Origin: an uncultured Flammeovirgaceae bacterium
GTDB lineage: Bacteria > Bacteroidota > Bacteroidia > Cytophagales > Cyclobacteriaceae
DNA length: 64,000 nucleotides
NCBI GenBank assembly: GCA_937899105.1
Contig: CALBPF010000339.1
Location: 1,267-65,266 of the forward strand
Direction: 5' to 3'
Numbering within the stretch: the first letter of the stretch is position 1; every line of letters starts with the position of its first letter. Shown here piece after piece: positions 1 through 10,500 of the stretch. The translations under genes and the position numbers were made by a program. The notes under the pieces are model-generated. The model saw nothing but the letters and a program-made list of their open reading frames with translations, had not been told where the DNA came from and did not search any database.

Positions 1-323
1 TAGAATTTTTGGAATACCTAAAAAGGCTTGATAAAATTTATCCTATCGGCGTCAAGATCAAGATAGTACTAGATAACCACTACTGTCATACTTCGCAGGA
101 AACAGAGATGTTCTTAAAAACAGTACCTAACCGCTTCGAATTTGTATTTACTCCCGTAAATGCTTCATGGCTCGGCCTTATAGAAGTATTTTTCAGCGAA
201 ATGACCAGAAGCTTTTTAAGGGGTATCCGTGTGAAATCAAAAGACGAACTCCAAATAAGAATATTGAAGTATATTGACGAAGTCAAGCAAATACCTCCTG
301 TTTTAAATGGAAGTGGAAATTAG
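1..323 (+). CDS. IS630-family (Tc1/mariner-like DDE) transposase, C-terminal fragment; 5' end lies outside the window
   Basis: The frame is open from nt 3; the ORF-track start at 9 is an internal TTG. The translation ..LDNHYCHTSQETEMFL..NRFEFVFTPVNASWLGLIEVFFSEMTRSFLRG..SKDEL matches the conserved C-terminal DDE region of IS630 transposases (LDN..H, TP..ASWLN.IE..F). TAG stop at 321-323. Confidence 0.7.
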   Translation, partial: EFLEYLKRLDKIYPIGVKIKIVLDNHYCHTSQETEMFLKTVPNRFEFVFTPVNASWLGLIEVFFSEMTRSFLRGIRVKSKDELQIRILKYIDEVKQIPPVLNGSGN

Positions 324-709
324 ATAAAAATAAATTTCTTTATTGATACATTAATTAAGAAACTGTGTTAACGGTTAGTTAAAGGTTTACGCTTCAACGA
401 TTCTCATTATCATGAAATAGGAAGTAAATACAGTGGAATTATTTTACAGCTTTTCAAGGTTCTTTTTGTCTGTCTTTTTCTCTAGCTCCTCCACAATATT
501 TTCTTTCGAATAAAAATAACATAGCTTGACTAATATCAGCCAGTATTTACCATGGCCGATTCATCATCCTTCCTCTTTCAGTTACAAAAGGTTATAATCC
601 GCAATTTCCCATAATCTTCACATGACCTTTGAGACCGATAACAGTGATATTCATGTTTTATTGAAAAGATTTTTCTATTTTTTTTTGAAAAATTTTCGAA
701 GTAAATTTA

Positions 710-1645
710 ATGTTTAAGCTTGGATATCTAATAGTTTGCCTTCATATAAAATTGAACAATTTAACAAAAACTCAACTGAAGAATGACCTGGTTCTTGAAA
801 AACAACTAGAAGACCTCATAATACCTTTAAACAAAGAAGAATTTTCACAACTGGAAAGCAACATTCTTAAGGAAGGTTGCAGAGAAGCCCTGATTGCCTG
901 GAAAAAGGAAAAAAAACTTATCCTTATTGATGGTCACAACCGATACAAGATATGTTGTAAGCATTCTATTCCTTTCAAGGTTAGAGAGCTGCGTTTTGAA
1001 AATATAGAAGAGGCAAAGATATGGATGCTTAACAATCAGCTTGGTCGAAGAAACTTGAATCCTGACCAGATGAGTTACTACCGTGGGTTAAAATATCTCG
1101 GATTGAAGCGAAAAAAGGGAGGATATGAAAACGTACAATCAAAGGGTCAAAATGAACCTTCGACTGCGGAAAGTTTGTCACAGGAATTTAATGTAAGTGA
1201 AAGCACAATAAAAAGAGACGCCAAATATGCTGAAGGTTTGGAGATCATAACTAAGAGTAATCCGACGTTGAAGAATGACATCCTCAACGGGGAAACTAAA
1301 TTCAAAAAAAGTGATGTAGCGTTGCTTACCCAATCTGAGGATGGTCAGAACATTAAATTCAAGAATGCCGCCGATCTCCACAATAAGCTAGACGTAATTA
1401 AAGACTCCGTATTCAATGATATTGAGAACAGTCTGAATGAAATTGAAGAGAAAAGAGTTAAGGCTGCGCAGGCTTTACTAAAAGAATCTGAACCTATTTT
1501 CCAATCGAAAGACGATCGGATACAAAATATAAAAGGTAGGATTATTTCTATGATGAACAAGGCAATTAGAAACAAAGACCTCACTGCTTTAGGAGATATG
1601 AAGAAGCTGATTGATAAGTTAGAATATTTGATATCCAGCGATTAA
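710..1645 (+). CDS. ParB-like nuclease / ParB N-terminal domain protein
   Basis: 311-aa ORF. N-terminal region ..PLNKEEFSQLESNILKEGCREALIAWKKEKKLILIDGHNRYKIC..IWMLNNQLGRRNLNPDQ has the ParB/Srx-fold DGHxR box plus the NQLGRRNL box typical of phage/plasmid ParB-like proteins. The C-terminal half is charged and helical with no recognisable domain. Confidence 0.6.
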   Translation: MFKLGYLIVCLHIKLNNLTKTQLKNDLVLEKQLEDLIIPLNKEEFSQLESNILKEGCREALIAWKKEKKLILIDGHNRYKICCKHSIPFKVRELRFENIEEAKIWMLNNQLGRRNLNPDQMSYYRGLKYLGLKRKKGGYENVQSKGQNEPSTAESLSQEFNVSESTIKRDAKYAEGLEIITKSNPTLKNDILNGETKFKKSDVALLTQSEDGQNIKFKNAADLHNKLDVIKDSVFNDIENSLNEIEEKRVKAAQALLKESEPIFQSKDDRIQNIKGRIISMMNKAIRNKDLTALGDMKKLIDKLEYLISSD

Positions 1646-1660
1646 CGTGGGATTTGTTTT

Positions 1661-2458
1661 CTATTTTGATAGTAAATGATCAGTGGTCTTGGTCGTTTTA
1701 ATGCTTTGAATCGCATCAGAATTAGTGAAGTATTTGTTTAATAGATATGATAGTCGATTAGGCTTTATCTGTTGTGCTGCGTCGCTTAAGGCATTCTTTG
1801 GATCCTCATGTACCTCGATCATCATGCCACTATAGTTCTCTAATGGTGAAAAATACAGAAGAGGATCTATCTGATAACTGTTACCGGTGATATGACTTGG
1901 GTCGAGCAATACGGGTACTTCAGGAAAGTGAGCTTTTAGATCCTCGACTAATGGCCAGAGGGGTTCGTTTCTGTAGTGCGGGCTATTATGGACGGAGAAG
2001 CCCCGATGTACCGCGACGGGCTGAGTAATTCCATTATTCATGACCCGTTCTATGGCGCCTAACCAGAGTTTTCGGTCAGGGTTAATTGGGTTTTTGACCA
2101 TCAGAGTCACGTCTGTACCTTTAAGCGCTTTGGAAATTTCATTTACATAAAATGGATTCACTGTGGTTCTGGCGCCCAGCCATAATATCTTAATGTTATG
2201 CTTTAAGCACTGTTCTACATGATGTGGTAAAATCACTTCAGTGGCTACGGGTATCTGGTGAATCTCCTGTACGGAACTCAACCATGGTAACCCTTTTTCA
2301 CCTACACCTTCAAAATTACCTGGGAGGCTACGGGGTTTCCAAAGCCCGGCTCTCATTGCTGAAACACCGGGAATTCTCGACAGAATCTTTGCCAAATAGT
2401 CAATCTGTTCTTTGCTTTCGGGGCTACAGGGCCCAGCAATCACCATTGGGGTTTTCAT
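1661..2458 (-). CDS. 3-deoxy-7-phosphoheptulonate (DAHP) synthase, class I-beta (KDO8PS-like) type
   Basis: 265 aa. Motifs MVIAGPCSPES, WKPRSLPGNFEGVGEKGL, LWLGARTT, MVKNP, VLLDPSH, MIEVHEDPKNALSDAAQQ are the conserved blocks of class I-beta DAHP synthases. Divergent from the + strand cluster. Confidence 0.8.
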   Translation of the reverse strand: MKTPMVIAGPCSPESKEQIDYLAKILSRIPGVSAMRAGLWKPRSLPGNFEGVGEKGLPWLSSVQEIHQIPVATEVILPHHVEQCLKHNIKILWLGARTTVNPFYVNEISKALKGTDVTLMVKNPINPDRKLWLGAIERVMNNGITQPVAVHRGFSVHNSPHYRNEPLWPLVEDLKAHFPEVPVLLDPSHITGNSYQIDPLLYFSPLENYSGMMIEVHEDPKNALSDAAQQIKPNRLSYLLNKYFTNSDAIQSIKTTKTTDHLLSK

Positions 2459-2676
2459 ATGAATTTACCTTATATTGAGTGCTGAAGAAATTATAAATTT
2501 GTGGTTGCAAAATTTTTTTCTCCAATAGCTGCAATGTAGCAAAATATTTCTTAATTGAAAATCAACTTTTTAGCGTGTATTGAATCAGTATGACGTATTT
2601 GAAAGACTATGTATCAGCATTTCAGCGCTATAGAAGTGGTAAATAATACTGACATTTCGATAAGTCAGTTTTAATA

Positions 2677-2713
2677 ATGTAATCGAAAGTTCATTCTGAA
2701 CTTTCGATTACAT
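2677..2713. repeat. Perfect 17-bp inverted repeat with a 3-nt loop (strong hairpin or palindromic operator) in the 560-bp intergenic region upstream of the antiterminator gene
   Basis: 2677-2693 ATGTAATCGAAAGTTCA / loop TTC / 2697-2713 TGAACTTTCGATTACAT. All 17 pairs were checked base by base. No U-tract follows on either strand. Confidence 0.85.
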
Positions 2714-3020
2714 GGTATCCTTGTAATCTCCAGCTTTAGGAATAATCTTCAGTAATAGATCCGTGAATAGATTGGAACAAGTATGTTAAAAAAATAGAGT
2801 TGATATTGACGTTTAAATTTAATCACCTGTTTATCTAGGGTTAAAAAAATGGTTCAATGTTAACTGTTTATTAAATCGTATAAATAAACTTACATCGTCA
2901 TATCATCCTTTTGGAATTTTAGAAAATTGTTCTAATTTCAAAATTCCATTGGCTAGAAATACCACAAAATAAAAGCAATGTAACTTGCTTCAGCGTAAGC
3001 TGTGCTCAATCGGTAGACTT

Positions 3021-3548
3021 ATGTTATACTCTTCGGATAAATGGTATGTACTGCTTACCATGCCCAAAGCGGAAAAAAAAGTGAGAGACTATCTGGAACG
3101 TAAAAACCTGGAGGTATTTTTACCTTTATATAAGAGGGTAGTTCAGTGGAGCGATAGGAAAAAAAAGCTGTTTGCTCCACTTTTTCCGGGGTACATATTT
3201 GTGCGGTTAGATAATAAAAGTTTTCACAAGGTCTATGACACGCCTGGAGTTTTGAAATTTGTTACGATACAAGGAGTAAAAGACACTGTGCCCGATGACG
3301 AAATTGATACCATCAAGTTATTGATACAGGGTAAGCCTGAAATATGTGAAAGACATTTTGAACCCGGACAGGTCGTAGAGGTATTTTCAGGACCATTTCT
3401 TGGATTAAAGGGTGAGCTTATCAAATATAAAGGCAAAGACAGGGTATTGGTACACTTGAACACTGTAAATAAAAGTGCGATGTTGGAGATCCTACCTAAC
3501 CAACTTAGGAAATGTCCTGGTAAAAAGGTAAGTAAGGTAACTGCCTAG
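3021..3548 (+). CDS. NusG-paralog transcription antiterminator (UpxY / LoaP-like, NGN + KOW)
   Basis: WYVLLTMPKAEKKVRDYLERKNLEVFLPLYKRVVQWSDRKKKLFAPLFPGYIFVRLD is an NGN domain. GQVVEVFSGPFLGLKGELIKYKGKDRVLVHL is a KOW motif. The ORF-track start (TTG 2985) is probably too early; the ATG at 3021 immediately precedes the NGN domain. Confidence 0.8.
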   Translation: MLYSSDKWYVLLTMPKAEKKVRDYLERKNLEVFLPLYKRVVQWSDRKKKLFAPLFPGYIFVRLDNKSFHKVYDTPGVLKFVTIQGVKDTVPDDEIDTIKLLIQGKPEICERHFEPGQVVEVFSGPFLGLKGELIKYKGKDRVLVHLNTVNKSAMLEILPNQLRKCPGKKVSKVTA

Positions 3549-3685
3549 TTACAAATATTCATTACAATTCCAGCTTCAGAGAATCAGGGTTATAGTTGAG
3601 CTAAAGGATCTGATTAATCAACATTAGAATTCTAAAAAGTGGTAAAAGTTGCCATCGATGAGTCATAGCATACAATTGTTGAATT

Positions 3686-3964
3686 ATGAAAAAGAAAGAA
3701 ATAGTAAAAGGACTGAAAGAAATCCTTGTGGACAAATTGGATGTCAATTTAAAAATGGAGAGCATCAAAACTGATGTGCCATTATATGAGGGTGGAATAG
3801 GATTGGATTCGATTTCAATTGTTAATCTGATCGGTCTCACAGAAGAGCGGTTTAATTTCCGCTTTGAAGATGACGAGATCAGTACAGAAATATTTGGCAG
3901 CCTGGATGCACTATCTTCTTTTATTGAAAAAAAACATGCTGCCGCCCAAGTATTTAACCTTTAG
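3686..3964 (+). CDS. Stand-alone acyl/peptidyl carrier protein
   Basis: 92 aa. GGIGLDSISIVNLIGLTEERFNF has the phosphopantetheine attachment Ser in an LDS context, and the size fits a four-helix carrier protein. Confidence 0.75.
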   Translation: MKKKEIVKGLKEILVDKLDVNLKMESIKTDVPLYEGGIGLDSISIVNLIGLTEERFNFRFEDDEISTEIFGSLDALSSFIEKKHAAAQVFNL

Positions 3965-4108
3965 CATTACCTGTCTACAGCGCAAAATACGTTCAAAGCG
4001 CTCATAAATATTAGGGGATGATCATTGCCACTCAATACTATTTGACTTAATCGATGTCTAATTCTTTGCTAGATATTTGACTAATCTTAAAACATCAATT
4101 TCTAAAAA

Positions 4109-5440
4109 ATGGAAGAAACGCTACAAAACCTAATAGTCGGGCAGTCCGAAGCAAAAGGATCGACTTTCGGTACTGCACCTACCAGAAACGAATTTTATAC
4201 CAACTATCCTTATTTTAAGTACTGGAAAAGTGATTTTAATACTCACTTGACTGATCCAGAAGGACTTATCATTTATATTCATATCCCGTTTTGTGTGCAA
4301 ATTTGTGACTACTGTTTCTATATGAGAGAGGTACTCAAATCGCCTAAGCAAATGAGTGAGTACATTGATACATTATGCGAAGAAATTAAACTAGTAAGTA
4401 ACCGCTTTAATCTTCTACATCGTAAGGTAGATGCTATTTACATTGGAGGTGGAACCCCATCTCTTTTGAAGGAAAAGCAGTTTTTCAGAATAGTGGATAC
4501 ACTACATAAGTATCATCAGATAAAAGATCCTGAATTTACTGTAGAGGCTGAGCCCGGAACTTTCAGTTTTAAAAAGATAGAGTGGTACAAGCAAGGAGGC
4601 GTCACTCGCATAAGTATGGGGGTACAATCTTTTGATGACGAAATCATTCGGTTGAGTCACCGAAAACATACAGGTGAAATGGCATTGAAAGCTGTTAATA
4701 TGGTGAAAGATGTGGGATTCTATTCCAATATTGATTTGTTAAGCGGGTTAGCAGGCGAAAGTATGGATACCTGGAGAAAATCTGTAGATACCGCCATCCA
4801 AAGCGGTGTTTCGATGCTAACCATATACCGGATGATCAATTATTCAAATACTACGTTCTTTGATAAATCTGTGCGTAAAGATCAATTGGCTTTACCTTCA
4901 GATCAACAGGAAGTGGAATTTATGACACATGCTGTCCAAAAAGTTCAGAATTCTGGGTATGACAGTTGGAGTTCATATATGTTTGTGAAAGACAATTACA
5001 AACACACCTACACTGAAAAATCATCCAGAGGACATGATCACATTGCTTACGGCGCCTCTTCATTTGGGAAGTTTGGAAATGTGGTTTACCAGAATTCGAA
5101 CATCGTAAAGCTATACAAGGAGAAAGTAGCAAATGGTGAGGTGCCGATCTCGAGAAGTTATGCTTTGTCTGCTAAGGATGAAATGATCAGAGAAATATTG
5201 CTTTGTACTAAATTATTCTCCTACACCAGTGATGAATTCGAGGTGAAATATGGGTTTAATTATATCGATCTGATCAAAGACGCCGTCGTAAAACTTGAAC
5301 GTGAAGACTATATTGCCATAGGAGAAAGAGGTATTGAGCTAACACAAAAGGGAACAGTATTTGGCGATTATGTAGGTATGGCGCTGGCCTCAAGCCTTAA
5401 AAATACATTGGCATTGGATAATATTAGCTTTACTTACTAG
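4109..5440 (+). CDS. HemN-like (class C) radical SAM enzyme
   Basis: 443 aa. IYIHIPFCVQICDYCFY is the CxxxCxxC cluster motif in the HemN context. IYIGGGTPSLL is the HemN-family GGGTP box. RISMGVQSFDD is present, and a C-terminal HemN_C-like region follows. Confidence 0.85.
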   Translation: MEETLQNLIVGQSEAKGSTFGTAPTRNEFYTNYPYFKYWKSDFNTHLTDPEGLIIYIHIPFCVQICDYCFYMREVLKSPKQMSEYIDTLCEEIKLVSNRFNLLHRKVDAIYIGGGTPSLLKEKQFFRIVDTLHKYHQIKDPEFTVEAEPGTFSFKKIEWYKQGGVTRISMGVQSFDDEIIRLSHRKHTGEMALKAVNMVKDVGFYSNIDLLSGLAGESMDTWRKSVDTAIQSGVSMLTIYRMINYSNTTFFDKSVRKDQLALPSDQQEVEFMTHAVQKVQNSGYDSWSSYMFVKDNYKHTYTEKSSRGHDHIAYGASSFGKFGNVVYQNSNIVKLYKEKVANGEVPISRSYALSAKDEMIREILLCTKLFSYTSDEFEVKYGFNYIDLIKDAVVKLEREDYIAIGERGIELTQKGTVFGDYVGMALASSLKNTLALDNISFTY

Positions 5441-5561
5441 TCATAAACTTATCGGATAATAAATCTGCACTATTACTATTGAGCTATAATACGCTGATAT
5501 TATTGTGTTTATTAACCAAGTACAGTGCGTCCGCCTAGATGAATTTTTAAATGAATATATT

Positions 5562-5981
5562 ATGAAAACTCTAGAACATCTGATCTTTAATTTAGATCAA
5601 AGTCCTTTGTCAACTGTGCCTTTCCACTCTGATGTCGAGGGCATTGACCGGTATTTTTCAGATACGTTCCCCCTGCACATGGCTATACATAATGTCGATC
5701 GTAAAGATGAAGTGCAAATGCAGTATACCAAACTTCACAAGCATGATGTAGCCGAAATAAATGTTATCATCGGAACCGATCAATTACAATATAGGATTGG
5801 TCTTGAAGATAAAGAATTCGTCGTCGGCGCCAATACGGGTATATGGATACCGGCCGGGGTGCGGCACTCGGCTAATTTGGTCAAAGGAAAGGGTTACTTT
5901 ATCGCCATTCGGTTAGATGCCATACCCGAAAAATTGACCAAAGAAAAGGCTGAAATTTTAACAGCTTCAAATGCCGAGTGA
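5562..5981 (+). CDS. Small cupin-fold metalloprotein (function unknown)
   Basis: HKHDVAE fits HxH-x3-E and GIWIPAGVRHSAN fits the P-x-G-x2-H motif, matching the two cupin motifs. The ATG at 5562 is preferred over the GTG at 5505 listed in the ORF track. Confidence 0.5.
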   Translation: MKTLEHLIFNLDQSPLSTVPFHSDVEGIDRYFSDTFPLHMAIHNVDRKDEVQMQYTKLHKHDVAEINVIIGTDQLQYRIGLEDKEFVVGANTGIWIPAGVRHSANLVKGKGYFIAIRLDAIPEKLTKEKAEILTASNAE

Positions 5982-6009
5982 TCTAACACCCAGGTAGGCC
6001 GTTTTTTAT

Positions 6010-7428
6010 ATGCACAGCTCTTTCAATACTGAACTGATCAAACAGCGCCTCTTGAATAGCGAAAGCTTGATCTGCGATGAGCAACATACTTTATTTTACA
6101 GTGATTGTGAACCCTTATTTACCAAAAGTACGCGAGATACTTCACTTGATATATTACTTCTCGACAACAGATTACCCATGGTATTGCAACTCATCCATTA
6201 TTTGTTAGATCAAAGAAGTTTTCTAGCGCTTAATGGCACATCTGAAGGCGCTCATTTAAAGGAAAATTTCACCACCTTTTGTAATAAAATAATATCATTC
6301 GATGGAAAAATAAAATGGAGCAATATTAACAGTGGCATTAAGATTTTTGATAATCCATTTTTTCGGTCTCGGAAAGCAATATTTCATGAGGATAAATCAT
6401 ATCTCGTTCTCAAAACTTCCGGCTCTACGAACCGGCCAAAGTTTGTATTACATGATCAAAGCCATGTATTGAGAAACGCGCTAGGTTCGGCCAGCAAGCT
6501 AACTTTATCACCCGAGGACAGAGTGTTGATCCCCGTTCCGGTATACCATTCATATGGACTAACGACCGCATTGATCCCTTCCATCATAGCAGGATGTTCT
6601 GTGAAACTTGTTAGTAACACCAACATAATACGTCTGATAGAGGCAATTAAGTCGTTCAAGCCGACCGTCATGTTTGCCACACCGAGCCTTATCGAAATGT
6701 TGTTGAAAATGAGGACAAAGATTACCATTCCCAAGGTTACCACTACCGCTGGAGACAGGCTAAGGGAAGATCTATTTTTGGAATATGAGCAACGGATTGG
6801 TACTCTTTTGAATCTCTATGGGTCTACAGAAATGGGGGCGATGGCCGTTTCTGATGTGAGTCAACCATTGATTGACAGAGCAAAAAGCGGAGTGAGCGCG
6901 CTGCCGGGTGTAGAATTAAAGGTGCAAAATACTAAAGATCAATCAGGAGCTATATATTGTAAAAACGAAAATCGATTTATTGAATACCTGGATTATGACG
7001 GTGTGAGCATTCATTCTCCCGATAATATCCATAATTGGTTCGATACTAAGGATTATGGTCAATTAAACGGAACCGAGATAAAGGTATTAGGAAGGTCTGA
7101 TCATAAGATCAATCGTAATGGTATTTTATTGTCGTATTTCGAAATTGAGAATGCCATTGCATTAGCCTGTAAGGAATTAAAAAAGGTGGTAGTTGTAAAA
7201 CAACAGTCGGCACAAGATATTATGGGCGCCCAGTTTGCTATTATATGCCAACCAAAAAAGGACGATACTATAATCGATCATGAATTAATAAGACGAAAAT
7301 GTGTAGAAAACTTAAGTAAAAGTATGATTCCCGATGCCATTCAGTTGGTGGATGAAATGCCTCAATTGGCCAATGGTAAGATAGATCGAAGATCCTTACA
7401 AAAAAAGTTTGATCATCTTATTGGATAA
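6010..7428 (+). CDS. Stand-alone ANL-superfamily adenylating enzyme (acyl/aminoacyl-carrier protein or CoA ligase)
   Basis: 472 aa. LKTSGSTNRPKF (A3-like), LYGSTEMG (A5), FDTKDYG (A7), GRSDHKINRNG (A8), ANGKIDRRSL (A10). No carrier or C domain is fused. Confidence 0.8.
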   Translation: MHSSFNTELIKQRLLNSESLICDEQHTLFYSDCEPLFTKSTRDTSLDILLLDNRLPMVLQLIHYLLDQRSFLALNGTSEGAHLKENFTTFCNKIISFDGKIKWSNINSGIKIFDNPFFRSRKAIFHEDKSYLVLKTSGSTNRPKFVLHDQSHVLRNALGSASKLTLSPEDRVLIPVPVYHSYGLTTALIPSIIAGCSVKLVSNTNIIRLIEAIKSFKPTVMFATPSLIEMLLKMRTKITIPKVTTTAGDRLREDLFLEYEQRIGTLLNLYGSTEMGAMAVSDVSQPLIDRAKSGVSALPGVELKVQNTKDQSGAIYCKNENRFIEYLDYDGVSIHSPDNIHNWFDTKDYGQLNGTEIKVLGRSDHKINRNGILLSYFEIENAIALACKELKKVVVVKQQSAQDIMGAQFAIICQPKKDDTIIDHELIRRKCVENLSKSMIPDAIQLVDEMPQLANGKIDRRSLQKKFDHLIG

Positions 7429-7520
7429 GAGTTACCAACTAATAGTATGAGCCCAATGGCGCCATTTATAGTTCTACAGGTTCGCATTTTGTATCAGCTA
7501 ATTTTAATAAATACAGTTAC

Positions 7521-10500
7521 ATGACTCTGAATAAGATACTTAATGAAAGAGCGTCATTGATAGAAGAAGGAGTTACCTTTATTGAGCAAGGTCGTAAAGA
7601 CTCGTTTCTTTCCTACGCTCAGCTGTACCATAAATCATTAAAGGCTCTAGGGTATTTACAAGAACAAAAGATAATGCCTGGTGACGAGTTGATTTTTCAA
7701 ATTGAAGATAACAAGACTTTTGTCATCATTTTTTGGGCATGCCTATTGGGGGGAATAATACCTGTCCCATTAAGTATCGGCCGTAACGATGAACAACGGA
7801 ATAAGGTTTTTAAGGTATGGAATGTACTGAATAATCCATATTTGGTGATGAACCGAAATCAAAGAACTAAATTTAAAAGAAACATTAACTCCATTAGTAA
7901 ACACTCCCGTTCACGTAAAAATATACTTAAAAAAACATTCTTGACTGATGATATACTTAATGAAAAGAATGAGGGCATCGAGCAAGAAGTGGACTCGGAT
8001 CAAATTGCATTTATACAATTTTCGTCCGGGTCAACAGGCGACCCAAAGGGAGTCGTACTTACACATAAAAACCTATCAACTAATGTCGCTGCAATCAGTC
8101 ACGCCGCGGAATACAGCAAAAATGATTCCCTGATCAGTTGGATGCCGTTAACGCATGACATGGGTTTGATCGGATTTCATATTAACCCCTTATTAAATGG
8201 AATAAACCAATACATAATCAGCACAGATCTATTTATACGGAGGCCATCTGTGTGGTTGGATAAAGCTAGTGAATATAGTGCGACGGTGTTATCTTCTCCT
8301 AATTTCGGCTATAAATATTTAATGAAACATTGCAATGTAGCTGCTCAAAATGAGTGGGACCTTTCTGCTGTAAGAATAGTTTACAATGGGGCAGAGCCCA
8401 TATCATTAGCCATATGCGAGGACTTTTTAGAGGTTATGGCCAGTCAGGGGCTAAAAAGAAATGCCATGTGCCCGGTTTATGGACTAGCAGAGGCAAGTTT
8501 AGCGGTATCCATTTCGGGCATAGAAGATAACATAATTTCCTGTTTACTTGATAGAAACAAACTCAACTTTGGTGATCGAATATCAGAAGTGAATGACAGG
8601 TCAGGCGCGGTTAACTTTGTTAATGTGGGAAAGCCGATCAATGACTGTCTAGTGCGCATTACGAATAATAGAAATGAACCAGTTGCCGATCAAACGATTG
8701 GACACATCCAGATAAAAGGAGATAATGTTACTTCTGGTTATTACAACAATAAAGAAGCTACCAAAGCCGTAGTACAAACAACTGGATGGGTAAAAACCGG
8801 TGATCTGGGTTTTATAAAAGAAGGGGCGCTATACATTACAGGTAGAGAAAAAGACATCATTTTTATCCATGGACAAAACTACTACCCTCATGATATAGAA
8901 AGAGTGGCAGAACAAGTAGAAGGTGTAGAGTTAAACAAGGTGGTGGTTGCAAGCCATCTCGATCATGATACGGGAAAGGAAGAGGTTCTTGTATTTGTTT
9001 ATCATAAACAAGGTATTGAGAAATTCATTCCTATAGTTCATACTTTGAAGAATGTGATCAACAAAGAGATCGGCATAGAAATAGATAAAGTATTGCCGGT
9101 GAGGGACATTCCCAAAACCACCAGCGGCAAGCTTCAAAGGTATAAGTTGGTTGAGCGTTATAAGGACGGCTACTACGATAATGTAGAGTTACAATTAGAG
9201 AGAGTAGATGTCCAGGAGGTCACATCAACAAATACTGTTGAACCGCCTGCCAACGAAACCGAGAAAAGATTGCTGAGGATCTGGCAAAGAGTTTTGAAAG
9301 ATGAGGGCCTGGGCGTTACAAGTCCATTTCTTAGTGTAGGCGGAAATTCGTTAAGAGCTGCGGAAATTGAAATGTGGGTATTAAAAGAATTTCAATTAGA
9401 CCTGCCAGCTAGTCTGATATATGAAAAAGGTACAGTTAGGGCGGTTGCCAATGAGATCACAACGCTTGATGCACAAAGATATAACCCGATCCCCAAAGTA
9501 ACTTCCCAGGGTCAATACCCATTAACCTCGGCTCAAAAACCACTTTATTATGGATGGGAAGCAAATAAGAATTCAATAGCTTACAACATACCTATAGCGC
9601 TATTGGTTGATCGTAAAATAAATGAAGAAAAACTTGAAAGTTGTATCAAAAAAATAATTGCCAGGCATGATGTACTTCGCATGTCATTTAACACTCAGGC
9701 AGAACCTTACTCCCTATTGCACGAAGGAATCGATTTTACCCTGGAATATTCTAAAATTGAAACTAACGAACTTGATAAGGAACTTAAGAAACGTGTAAGA
9801 CCATTTGACCTAAGAAAATTGCCCTTATTCCGGGTTGAGTTAGTCGAAATAGGTCAAGATCGACATATACTGCTCTTAAATTTTCATCATATCATTTCAG
9901 ATGGTATTTCTGTCTACCATTTTATTGAGGAACTCTTTCAGCTTTATGATGGAGGTGTTATTCCTTCACTACCAGCAAGTTATAGAGACTACAGCCACTG
10001 GGAAAGGAAGATTCTGAACTCAGAAACTATAAAATTGCAGCAGGAATATTGGTTAGAGCAACTAGGAGGTGAACTACCTATATTAGATTTACCAACAGAC
10101 TTTTCCCGTCCCGCCATCTTTAGTAGTAGCGGAGAAAAAATACAACTTTGTTTTAATAATACTACTAATAACAAGTTGAGAGTACTTGCTAGTAGGTACC
10201 ACTGTTCCTTGTCAGAACTGATGTTCACGATATACGGATTATTGATTTATACTTACACAAGACAAGAAGATATCATTATAGGCGTGCCCGTTGCGGGAAG
10301 GAAACATCCTGATATATTGAGCTCACAAGGAATGTTTGTGAATAATTTGCCCGTTAGGATACACATTGATAAAAGCCCATCCTTTCTCGACGTACTTGAT
10401 AATCTAAAGACAAGTTTCCATTTGGCGCTTGCCAATCAGCTATATCCATTCGAGTACCTCGTCGACCAAGTTACTGAACGGAGAGACCCAAGCAGAAATC

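Noticed and set aside
2224-2478. 84-aa plus-strand ORF overlapping the 5' end of the DAHP synthase gene
   Set aside because: It is antisense to a strongly conserved coding frame and has no recognisable motif.
2494-2501. TAAATTTG matching the Bacteroidota -7 promoter consensus TAnnTTTG
   Set aside because: It lies more than 500 nt upstream of the NusG-like start and has no convincing -33 TTTG partner. It cannot be distinguished from a chance match in AT-rich DNA.
7455-7466. 12-bp perfect palindrome AATGGCGCCATT between the ligase gene and NRPS-1
   Set aside because: It is a single short palindrome with no repeat partner and no adjacent promoter-like elements. It could occur by chance.
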